Source of the DNA: Adineta vaga | Taxonomy: Eukaryota > Animalia > Rotifera | DNA length: 64,000 bases | NCBI GenBank assembly: GCA_021613535.1 | Contig: CP075496.1 | Coordinates: 9,796,001 to 9,860,000 of the forward strand | Reading direction: 5' to 3' | Shown here: positions 25,298 through 36,835 of the stretch, piece after piece | Layout: every line of letters begins with the position of its first letter | Numbering within the stretch: the stretch's first letter is position 1 | The notes under the pieces: generated by a model | Seen by the model: only the letters and a program-made list of their open reading frames with translations | What the model was told of the DNA's origin: nothing | Database searches by the model: none | Made by a program: the position numbers and the translations under genes

Positions 25298-26126
25298 ATG
25301 TACCATGCAAATGATTTCTCATCAATAGCATGGTCGAAAGAATCTCTTGAAAATAAATCTGATACAGATTCAAATTTATCAGAAACAGCTGATGGAAAAC
25401 AAGGAAAACTATCATCTTCCAAGTAAAACTTCTTTTCTGTCGTATTCACTCGCGAAATGACCAAATATTTTAGACATACACGAATGATTTGCTCAACAAT
25501 GATGGCTATAATCATTTTGATAATAATTATAATAATAGCTATTACAGTTCCACTTTTATATATTAATAAAACAACCAAACAAACGAATAAGTTACCAAAT
25601 AATGATCCGACAGTGACAGGTATATTTTAGTATTTAAAATTTTTCTTCTCAGTATGATTCTTTGTATCTTTATCATTGTTTTCTAGAATCGTCATCTATT
25701 GGAACACCAATCATATACGAAGTAGGCGAAGGTGGTACGAGTAATGATGCACCATGCTCGTCACATACGGTCATTAACGACCCATTACGTAATGTAGCTG
25801 CAACAGGAATAGGTGGTACCTGTGATAGTGGATCATTTTTTGATACAAGTATTGGCGGTCGGTGGATTCGATTCGTTGGCACAGGTGGTACTATGATACC
25901 TATGACACCAACAGGATTTATGCGTTGTGGTGCCTACCTAACAGTTTGGTTTAATGGAACATTACCGTCTACATCAAATGCCATAGTCAATACAAATGCA
26001 TGTGTAGATTTGCAAACAGGTGTATGTGCATTTCCCATAGAAATATCGATCGTAAAGTGTATTGATTTCTATGTGTATTTCTTGCGACCTTTATTAATGT
26101 GTAATGCACGTTACTGTACAACTTAA
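25298..26126 (+). CDS. Type II membrane protein with a uromodulin/OIT3-like Cys-rich (D8C) domain, 3 exons
   Basis: Exon 2 encodes a TM segment (MMAIIILIIIIIIAITVPLLYI). Exon 3 reads CD..WIRFVGTGGTMIP..CG..WFNG..AC..C..I.IVKC.FYVYFL...CNARYC. Confidence 0.78.
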
Positions 26127-26470
26127 AAAAGTTGAATTCATTTATTATTTTGAAAGTTTCGACAATCTTCCATTGAGAATTTTTGAACTTTTATTCTGAA
26201 TAAAAAAAAAGTGACGATAAGTTGTTATAACACAAATATATTTGTCAAGGTTATGTTGCTATTACAGAAAAAAAGAATAAAAGAAACTTTCTTTTTTGCT
26301 TTCTGTAAGAGAAAAACATCCGTCCAATTTCACCCTTTGCCTTTTGTTAACAAAAAATTACTGAAGTGAAAGAATAAAAACAAACTTTCATAGTCAATAT
26401 AGAGAAAATAGAATCAAGAAACTATTTGATTCATTATTCAAATCATTTCTTTATCGATAGAACGTGAATT

Positions 26471-27776
26471 ATGATATGTTTCATATGTTATTTTATTTTA
26501 TTTTTCCGTAAGTATTATTGCAAATGAGAAAACAATCGAATCTTTTGATTATGATATAGTCATTCCTTTGCATGAAACGTTGCGATGTTATTCTTGTCGT
26601 GGAGAAAAACAGTGTGGAATTTTATTTTCATCAAATTCGACCGATGTTAAAATAATTGATGGAAATGATCTCGAGGACTCGTGTTCTGTTAGTATAAATA
26701 CATGTATAAGCGCATGCATGAAATAATGAGAATGAATTCTGTTTACTAGATAACTATGAATTTAAATGGTTCACTTATTCGAAATATTATTCCATCATAT
26801 CTGTGTGGAAGTACATTGTATCAATTTTGCTGTAATTATGATCTTTGTAATTCACTTCCATCGTTACCATTACCAGTATTTAATAATCTTAAATGTATGG
26901 TAGATGTTTGTCGTATCAATGATAGTCAATGTAATAAATCCATAATCAATCTATCTAGTACTACACAATCATGTATAGTAAGTGAGAGAACTAAACTAAA
27001 TTCAATTCTTGCAATCTATGATTAGAGAAAAGATGGTAAAACTTCTTACAAATCATACCAAACAGGATGTTCTTCTAATGCGACAAAATATAATGACGTA
27101 TATTGCTGCAATTATCCTCTATGTAACGAACAAGATTTTCATCATAGTGAAGCAATACGTTGTTATACATGTGATTCACGTCTAACTGGTTTAAAAGATT
27201 GTGATATATTAAATATAACGAATCCGTATGTTTATAATTCTGTATCATCAAATCCATCAGAATCATGTGCAGTAAGTAACAAAGAATTGAGGCTTCTTAT
27301 GTATTTATTTATTATATGATCTTCTAAAGATGATTATTGGTTTGGCAGGAAAAGATCTCGCTATTGGACAGAATTATTCTGCTTTCACAATACGAACCTT
27401 CATTAATAATTGCACGAATCAATCGCTAGGTAATATAACGTATGGTGGAATACGATTCCAAGGTCAAATCGAATGCTGTTCAACTTCTCTTTGTAATACA
27501 AATCGTAAGTTTTATGTAAGAGTAAAACAAATTCTTTACTTTACTTTTTCTTAATATTTAGCATTGTATACAAATATTACTCTTCCATCAAACATATCAA
27601 AACATGTTAATCGTATTATAAGAGTTTCTGTGTTTACTTTATTCGTAATTCTTGGACTAAGTTTTGCTATCATCGGCATTGTGTTGTCTATAATTCGATT
27701 TCGATTCAACAAATCTCATCGTCGGTACCTTCCAATTGTTAAAACCGATCGAAATACTGTCATATTTTTATCATGA
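26471..27776 (+). CDS. Membrane protein with repeated Ly6/uPAR (three-finger)-like Cys-rich domains
   Basis: Signal-like first exon. LRCYSC..CCNYDLCN, CCNYPLCN and IRCYTC..CCSTSLCN motifs. C-terminal TM segment VSVFTLFVILGLSFAIIGIVL. Confidence 0.78.
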
Positions 27777-28036
27777 AAACTTCATACAATGTAATTGATC
27801 TTTTTTATATCTTAATTAAACAGTCTTTCATCATGTTTGAGCAAAAAAAAAGACAACTATTGATACAATAATTCTTATCGAAACAGCAGTAGAATACAAT
27901 ATAATAGTTTTAGAAAAATAGATCAGAGAGTCTAATCTGGAAATATGTTTTATACTTTATATGTGACGAAAAGATTACGATTAAAGTTATATTTTTATAA
28001 GAGTACAAAAGAATACAATTAGAATATTTATTATTG

Positions 28037-28745
28037 CTAAACATTAGAAAAATATGATTGTATCTCATTTATTGATGGACCAGGTACGACTTGTCCAGTT
28101 TGTGGATCACAATATCCTTGTATAAAACTTGTTTTATTGACTGCTGGTTGTCCAATACATTTACCACGAACAGTAATTGAATATTCAGTATATTTATTTT
28201 CACCATTCATTGTTAATACTGGTTGATCTACATTTGGATCAACGATAAAATGTACAACAGTAACACGAATACCAGTACCATCAATAAATGATGGATTTAA
28301 TTGAATATTTGGATAGATTATATCCCATGTCAGATTAGACTAAGGAAAGAAAAAAAGCAAGAATTCAACTTTTAGGAAAAAAAAGAAAATTTGTTTTTCT
28401 ACTTACTTGAACTGCAGGACCATTGAAAACACCAAACCATAATTGTGGAGAAACATTACCAGCATTATATCGTATTTGAGTTCCAACAGTTCGTTGTTGA
28501 CATATAGCAGTATCTGTATCTTCACAATAACGTGTATTACCTGAACAACTCCACCAATAGTAATATTCGCCACCGAAACCCGTTCCTTTTAAAGTAACTG
28601 GCCATTCTTTAACTAAATTAGTAATATCATAAACCGAAGCATTTCCATATGCACGACATGGATTTTTTCGATCAATTAATAATAAACTTGCTGAACAAAT
28701 ATTTATTAGAAATATACTCAACACAATATACGATATTTTAATCAT
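28037..28745 (-). CDS. Secreted single MRH-like (mannose-6-phosphate receptor homology) domain protein, 2 exons
   Basis: Signal peptide, then C..VYDITNL..YYYWWSC..C..AICQQ..AG / IIY..GIRVTVVHFIVD..GENKYTEYSITVRGKC. The intron lies at about 28340-28406. Confidence 0.6.
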
Positions 28746-29304
28746 GACTTTTCGTTAGAAATATTTTATTCAACTAAGAATTAAAAACAACAAGCAATGG
28801 TCATATTGACTGCCTATAGATAAAGATAAGAAATCATTTCTCGATCTTTCTTATCAAACACATGCGACTATCTTTTCTTTGTATGAATGAAAATTCAATG
28901 TAGTTTATATTAACATTTTTGTTCTTACTGAGTTTGGGATATTGAAGTATTTTACGAAATAAAATGACAATGTATAAACATCGATAATATTTGTTAGTAC
29001 GAAATCTGATAAAGTCAATTTTTTCGATCAAAAAATCATGATTTCTTCTAATGGAATAAATCAAAAAAATGCAATTATGTAAATAGTTAACACCATTTTC
29101 AGAATATTTATTTGAACTATTAGAATCAAATAACAAAAGAAATTTCGACAGCAAATACAAGGACATACATAATTTAATCTTTTATTCAGAATTTCAGCAT
29201 GATTAACAATCATATAGGAACAGTTTGAAATAATTCATCCAGAATAAAGAAGCACAACAATTGTTCCAAATCTATTATCATTATTGTATTAATCATTCAT
29301 ACAA

Positions 29305-30243
29305 ATGATTGTTACTAATCAAACTAAAATTGTACCTTACTCACATAGTATATCGTATTCTATTCCACGTACAAATCTTGACAAAGACAATACGACCAAT
29401 GATCGGAATCGCCAGTACGTATATTGAGATAGATTTTTTTCAAGATTTTACACAAATCTTTTTTTTTCTGTAGAGGAGGAGATTTAATAGAACCAGTAAC
29501 AAAATGCTGTACATGTCCTTGTGCATGTTTTGGAGGATTAGCTCTATTACTTCTTCTCTGTTTTGCAATTGGTATTCCAATTTTAGTGAGTATTAAATCA
29601 TCAACAATGATAAATACTGATAACGCAATGTCAACAAGTAAGATTAATTTATTAATCTCTACAAAAAATAATAATTTTTCCTTCTTTTACATATTCAGGT
29701 ACAACAACAACAACAACGACTGGTAAATAAATTGAAAATATTCTAAATAAAAATATATCTATGATGATTTTGTTAGGTATTCCTTGTTCACCTTCATGTA
29801 AATCAGAAGAAGTATGTGTATTAGGTAAATGTATCGGTATTGGACAATTATCATTTACTTTGACATGGTCTCGAAAAGGCGATGGAGATATTGTTGTTGG
29901 TACAACAACTGGAAAGAATATTTTTTATAATAATACAGGTTCATCATCTTTCACTGATTATGGAAAATTAGATGTTGACGATCGAAATGGAACAGGGCCT
30001 GAAAATGTTTTTTGGTCTAATCTTGGACCAACTCCACCAGCAGGTGTCTATTATGTTTGTTTTGAACCATATTCTTTCAATCCACTTATTGATAATCTCA
30101 ATCCTATATCAGTAACAATAGATATTAAAGGTTCAAATAATAATACATTTACTTTTACAAAGAATTTTACATCTACAATTAAAAATGATTATCATTGCAA
30201 TGCCAATTCATCAACTCTTCTCACTTCATATACTTATCCATAG
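29305..30243 (+). CDS. Type II membrane protein with C-terminal YfaP/DUF2135-like domain, 4 exons
   Basis: TM exon (GGLALLLLLCFAIGIPILV) and a 24-nt poly-Thr micro-exon at about 29699-29722. The last exon reads LSFTLTWSRKGDGDIVV..GKLDVDDRNGTGPENVFW..PAGVYYV. Confidence 0.7.
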
Positions 30244-30411
30244 TTGTTTTTAATGATGCCGATGATCATTGCACAAATGATTTAGTTGAGAAATTCATTT
30301 TCAGAAACTTTTTTTTCTATTTTTATTTATATTTTTCTAAATTTATTTTTCAAGAATGAACTTCTCTTGTCATAATCAGAACAAATAAGATATAATTGCT
30401 CATTTCTGAAG

Positions 30412-30900
30412 TTAAATTAGTATTAGAGGAGCTCGATATAACCAATGAGTTATATGAATACCATATGTGATATGTCTAAATAATGGATGCAATTTATGAA
30501 TCTTTTTATGATTAACAAGATTTACAATTCGAATAGTAATATAAAGATGAAACAGTTGTGAAAGATTGATTACAACAATTGTTACTATTGAAACAAGTGT
30601 TTTGACTGTTGAACAAATGAAGAAATATTGAAGATTCAATGACTTTCGAAAGATCATTGTAAAGTAATTCGTGTACAATCATTTCCAATCGAATTCTATT
30701 AGAATAGATACGAATGAAGTGTTGATGAACTTGTCCATGGATTAGTCGTAGGAATTCGATCAAATTTACATTGTCTTAAATACGGAAATACATTTGAAAA
30801 AATAAGCTGAAGAAGAATTGTGTCTTCCATTGGATAATATAGTTTCAAATATTCAAGATGATCAGGTCGAATAGATTTCTAAACAAGTTTTCTTCACATG
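30412..30900 (-). pseudogene. Possible decayed gene fragment (F-box/LRR-like family)
   Basis: Short, broken Leu/Ile-rich frames (PDHLEYLKL..LLQLIFQ; KLHPLFRHI). No diagnostic motif is intact. Confidence 0.25.
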
Positions 30901-31573
30901 GATGTGAAGAGAAATTATGTATCAGAAAAACTCATCACATCATCTGATTAATTATAAAATGTTAACCAGTATACAGAAGATAGTATGACATGTTACTTAT
31001 ATACATAGATAATATTATCTTTGTTTTATTGTTTTTTTATCATTTAACAGTTTCCATGGGAAAAACTACTTAATAAGAATTCGAAAAGATAACGATTGTG
31101 AAGTAATAGATTACACGTTACTTATAATGAACAAGAAACAAGCGACATACATTGTCTTTTCTATTGCATCAATTATAATTGGAATATGAACGTAACCATA
31201 CACAGAATAAGAAAGGAAAAAAATATGTAACTTAATTGGTTACTTCTGTTCTTTTTCAACGATAACAACAAATAGTGATTCATCCTGAGAACAATGTTTG
31301 CTCAATTTGTCTTCTAATAAATATATTTTTCGTTATAAAGATAACAAACGAAACACATAACAAAAAGAAACAAATGAATCTTTCAATATTTGACCAAGAT
31401 GATAATTTCATTTCAATTCGTTTATTTGAAGGACTTTCTTTTTTTTCTCTCTCTTATTCTTATCAACGACGACGTCCATTCAGGTGACGAAACAGAATGA
31501 AACACATAATATATGTGATATGAATATGGCCTGATCCAGTTTAGATCAACTTGAATACAAAATTACATATACA

Positions 31574-33150
31574 ATGACGTCAGCTAATGAAAAAACAAAA
31601 CTTTCACCAAGATCTTCATCGAAAGGAAAGATCTTTTTGATTATTCTTAGTTTATCTGTATTATCCATTGCTCTTGTTTATCAACCATTACCCGATAATT
31701 TCCCACAACCATGGAAATATCGATTTCTTTCCTTTTGGGCGCATTTATTTTCCAAATTAGTAAGATTTTTATAACTTTTACTTGATCAAATCAATTTGTT
31801 TTTTTATTATTCATCTAGGGTTATTTGGGTGAACAAGTGAATTTATTCGATCGTATTCATGTTTTACGTTTTCTTTATTATGTAGCCGTTGGTTGTTTTC
31901 AAATACGAAATCCTGAACATAATTTACAAGTAAGATAATACTAGATTGAATTCTTTAAATTATCGGCCATTTATTAGATTTATGATAAAAAAATATTAAA
32001 TGTTAGTGTTCGAATATATCAACCAGAAGAATTAGGAAATGTCGATAAAATGCCAACAATTATTCATTTTCATGGCGGTGGTTTTCTTTTAGGTTGTCGA
32101 GATACATACGATCAAGTTACATATGCTTTAGCTAATTTAACACGTGCACTTGTGATATCTGTCGAGTAAGTTCGTTTTCATTTACCCAAGAAAGAATTAA
32201 CCTAGAAGAGATAGTTAACGTGATTTATTCTTCGATTTCTAATATGGCGTGATTCTCTGACCATATAGATTGAAATTTTTCTTCTCTCATATATACATCA
32301 TGTTTTTATATATTTATTTTATAAAGATATCGTCGTGTACCAGAACATTATTTTCCAGCTGCACTTGATGATTGTACTTCAATAACATATGAATTATTTC
32401 AAAATGCTGACAAATATCGTATTGATGTTAATCGAATAACATTAGCTGGTGATTCTGCTGGTGGAAATTTAGCTTTAGTCATTACTCAATCGTTGATTCG
32501 AGATGGTTTTGCACCTCGTACTGCATGTCTTATCTATCCGGCGTTACAATTTTTTGATTTTACATTACCATCATATCGATTATATTTACCACGAAATATT
32601 CTTGGTGTAATTAATGAAGAAAATTTTCTTTCCGTTATGTCAGAATTAAGTGAAAGTAAAGTGAAAGTTACACGTGATATTCTATACAATAATCATACAT
32701 CAGCAGAAGATAAAAAACGTTTACGTCCATATGTTGATGCGCAAAAATATTTACCTATTTCACTTCCATTTGATGTTAATGAAGAAGGAAATCAAAATTT
32801 AATTACAAACTTAAAGTTTCTTATTTCACCCAAAATGTCACCTCTATTGGTTTCCGATGAAGAATTAATGAAATTACCACCTATTCTACTGTTTACTACT
32901 GAATTTGATATACTTAGAGATGAAGGTAATTCATAAAAAAATTTCACTAAATCGAATTCTTTTTGGGTTTGTTTTTCGTGTAGGCTTGATCTTTGCTGAA
33001 CGTTTGAAATCTTTAAATAAAACTCTTTATCATCATCATTTTCCAACGACATTTCATGGTGCACATCTTTTACTCTATGGTCCATTAAAATTCGATATTG
33101 CCTACGACATGGTCGAACATATTGCGAGAAAAATACGCGAGAATCTTTAA
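31574..33150 (+). CDS. Arylacetamide deacetylase/NCEH1-like (HSL family) esterase, 5 exons
   Basis: N-terminal TM segment, IIHFHGGGF, SVE/YRRVPEH, LAGDSAGGNL, EFDILRDEG and FHG. Confidence 0.9.
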
Positions 33151-33531
33151 ATGATTATCTATATCTTTTCTTTTCCTAGTTCATCCATTTGCAAAGCAGA
33201 TATACATATCATTCATTTTTTTATCGATGCATTCACTCTATGTGAATAAGATTCTTCTATTTTTTTTATTATTACGGTAATTAATGATGGTGTCTACTGC
33301 TTTTATCTAAATAGATACTCTTTTTTCTTTTTCGAACAATAAATTATATGAATGAAAGTTTAAAAATGAAATATTATTAATTGTTTTTAACTTTTGAAAA
33401 TTTTTAATCCATAAACAAATGTCGTTATTATTAGTGCAGAGCCTATTAGAACCATTAAGCTCATTCCTTTCGTGAATTTGAAGATTGTGGAATGACAAAA
33501 AATATTTTTACCATCGATATAATAATAAGAG

Positions 33532-33981
33532 CTATCTGTTAATGATTTTGTATTCGTCCAAGATACACCCTAGAATAGGAAACAGCATGTAAATTTGACT
33601 TGCATACATATAGATACTTACTATCATACTCCAAATTATAACAAATATTTGCAAAAGAATAATCATTACGACACAGAAAACTAATGTAGGACGTCGTTGT
33701 CTATAAATATCACGATCAACATATCTTTCAATAGCCTTAAGATCAAAATAAAAGTAAGAAGATACAAATTAAAATTGAACTATGATTGTTTTTACAAGTA
33801 TTATGCATTGCCAACAAATCAAAATTCCATAGATACCAAAACCAAGTAACCATTGAAATAGACGTGGTTCTCCAGGACATTTCCAAAATTTACCAGTACT
33901 CATGATTAGAGAAGTAATGGATAGAGCAGTCAATGAAACGAGAAAAAAGACAAAGAACAAAAATACGACTACTTTAATCAT
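33532..33981 (-). CDS. Small multi-pass membrane protein (about 3 exons)
   Basis: Hydrophobic exons (VVVFLFFVFFLVSL..CPGEPRLFQWLLGFG; PTLVFCVVMIILLQIFVIIWSMI) with gtaaaa and gtaagt donors. Confidence 0.5.
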
Positions 33982-35362
33982 TGTTTTTGTCTAAAAAATA
34001 AGTGATAAAAATATGAACGATCTAATCGAAGAAACACTGATGAAATTCAAACATTCACATCAGCTTTTTTTCTGCTTTTCGTTAACGACGTTGTAAAACA
34101 TGTGTTTTATGTAAATAAACTCATCATGATGACGCACGACGCTTTTTCGAAAAGGATGACATTTTTAAGTGAAACTGTTAGTACCAATGCTGATTCTTTT
34201 CTATAAATGGATAGAGAGCTATCTTTTGTCGATAGAATCGATGAGTTGTTCATGACAGAGATTTGATTACAATGATATAGAAAGACTTTCAATTGATTTA
34301 AACATACGGCACATAGCGCTGATTATTGATTCTGTTTGAAGATAATAATAAAAAAAATCCATCGCAATGTCAGCAGAAAGAAAAACAAATTCAAAAGAAT
34401 AAGCAAAGTATGTGATTTGATTGTATTTAAATGAAAAGTACGTTCATCATCAGAAATTATTCTATATCATCGAGTTTACAACAAATAGAATTAAATATCG
34501 TTGTACGATATATTATGACGCAAGAAAATCTTTTACTCATGATATGACGACTTATAACTTGACGAAATTTTATGATGATATGACGTCATTTAGTGAATGA
34601 AAATGTAAAAAACAGTATACACTTTGACGTAAAACATGCATGTTTCAATGACTAGTAAAAATTCTTTATAATCCGAAATCATTACTCATTTGTTCTATTT
34701 GTACTCAAATTATATCATGAACACACGAAAGCTATAGTGATATGTACATTGTACAATGGATACCAAAATTCATTCAAGATATGACTTTCTCAATAAATTT
34801 CTTATCTACGCACTTTCGAAGAATATTTTAATATACTTTGTTATTTGATACTGTTTATAAATTCTTTAATAAGGTTAAAGGTATAGATTAGAAGAGTATG
34901 ATTACATTGCATGTTTTTCGTCTGTACCAAAGAAGGAATTATGTTCTTTCAAAAAAGAATCTATATACATGTATAGTAACAGAATATTTGATGATAAAAG
35001 TTATATGAAATATTTTCTTAACACTATATCACTATCGACTCATGACAGATTAGTGATATTCAGTTGTCAAAACAATATATTTCATCATAAGATAATCACT
35101 AATAGCGACGAAGCATTAACATATTTTGCGACAGTTATTACTTTATAGGCGTGTATGATTTTTAAAATACATAATGAAAAACCAAAGATAAGATTGAGCG
35201 GAGGCGTTTTATTGATCTATGATTAAGAAAGAAAATATAACTATATTGAATCCAAGGAAGTAGTAAATTATACTCTATAAAAGTAAGAATATAACGTATA
35301 CTTTCATTCAATTCAAATACAGTATAGAAAAGATATTCAATATCAAATAAGCAAAATACATT

Positions 35363-35947
35363 ATGTATATTTTACGTATTATCTCAGGTTCGAAATGGAT
35401 TGAATTGAAATATACATATCAATAATTTTTCTCTATAGTTTTCTTTCTCTCGCTGACATTATGCCACAGTCAAACTGATATATCAACTGACTTACCTACA
35501 ATAATGATGTCAAACTCGGAAACTTTGAGCAATACAATTTCAATAATATCAGCTACTGATGGAACGGATGCCATTGACAACAGCACATTCATTCAAAATA
35601 CTACTGAAATCACTACACCTGGTACATCATTTCTTTCTCAGTTCAAGCGAATATTTATCTTAGATATTTCTTTTCAGCTACAACAACAGAATCGCAAACA
35701 TCTATTTTTACTAATACACCGACTACAACAGAACCACAAACAACTCCAAGTGAGTTTTGAACTCATTTAACTTGGAAATAATCATATTATAAATGTTTTT
35801 TTAGAGAGTAAAAATTTAGGACTTATACTTGGTCTTTCTCTGGGTTTGGGTATACCTGTACTTCTTGGTATTGTTGCGGGCATCATTTTCTATTGTCATA
35901 AACAAGGAAAGGCAAGGAGAGGTTCAAATTATCAAACTAATTTTTAA
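35363..35947 (+). CDS. Small type I membrane mucin-like protein, 4 exons
   Basis: Signal peptide split by an intron, Thr-rich ectodomain, TM segment LGLILGLSLGLGIPVLLGIVAGIIFYC, and a tail ending YQTNF*. Confidence 0.72.
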
Positions 35948-35963
35948 AAATATTATGTAAATT

Positions 35964-36771
35964 GGGTACTTCCACGCAGCTCCTCCCAGGTTTACAGAAG
36001 TTTCTGCCGGCAAGTTTTAACTATGCTAGTCTTGTAGCCCTTGAAAAGTTGTACTAGAATATATATTTAGTTTTGCTTGGCATCATGCGCTAACTCCTGC
36101 AGAGCAGGCCGAAAAGTCGATTTTTTCGAAAAATGACCCTCGGAACGTGCCTTTTTTATTTCTCGTGAACATTTCCGGAATTTTTGAATCGGACCATCCG
36201 ATAGAACATCAAAAGTTGTCTTTGTAAAATAATTTTCAGCATTATATCTCTAAGGCTCATTGATCGGGAGCAACCACAAATATGCGAAAAATTGCTTTTC
36301 CATACAAAAACATAACCTTTATAAAACTTCCATATTCAGTCAGAGATCCCAACATCTTGTATTAAAAATGAAGCTTAAAGTGTTCTCATTCGAATGCGCG
36401 CGGTCAGATTTCTTCAAAGTATTCCACAATCTAGATATATGGGTCTAAAGGGGTGGGGGGTCTAAAAAATGGGCCTATTGAGTCTCAATTATCTCAAAAA
36501 CTAAACGTCAGAATTTGATGAAAATTGTTTTGTGAGTAGCAGACAATGAGTACTACTACCTATTAAAATATCAGACTTCTCCTCGCAAAATTGAGTGAGC
36601 TGGAGCTTCTACAATTTTGGCAAAATCCCAGTCCTAATAGTCAAATTTTAGCAAATTTCAATGGTAAAAACTAGAGTTTTATACCTGACTATAGATGTTT
36701 TTTTACACTGAGCACAAATCACGATGTCTGTTGCTTATAATTACATCTGAGAAGATTTAAAAAATAACAAA
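35964..36771 (+). repeat. Left terminal inverted repeat (~808 bp)
   Basis: Reverse complement of 40581-41390, with roughly ten differences by eye. Confidence 0.95.
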
Positions 36772-36835
36772 GATGCTTTAAAAGATTTTCTTCTCAGTAC
36801 ATTTATTTGTCAAGAATGGTGAAAGCTAGAGAGAA

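Noticed and set aside
36260-36448. Near-identical 62 aa ORFs at 36260 (+) and 41092 (-)
   Set aside because: Both lie inside the two TIRs, have non-ATG starts and show no protein motif. The duplication is explained by the TIR.
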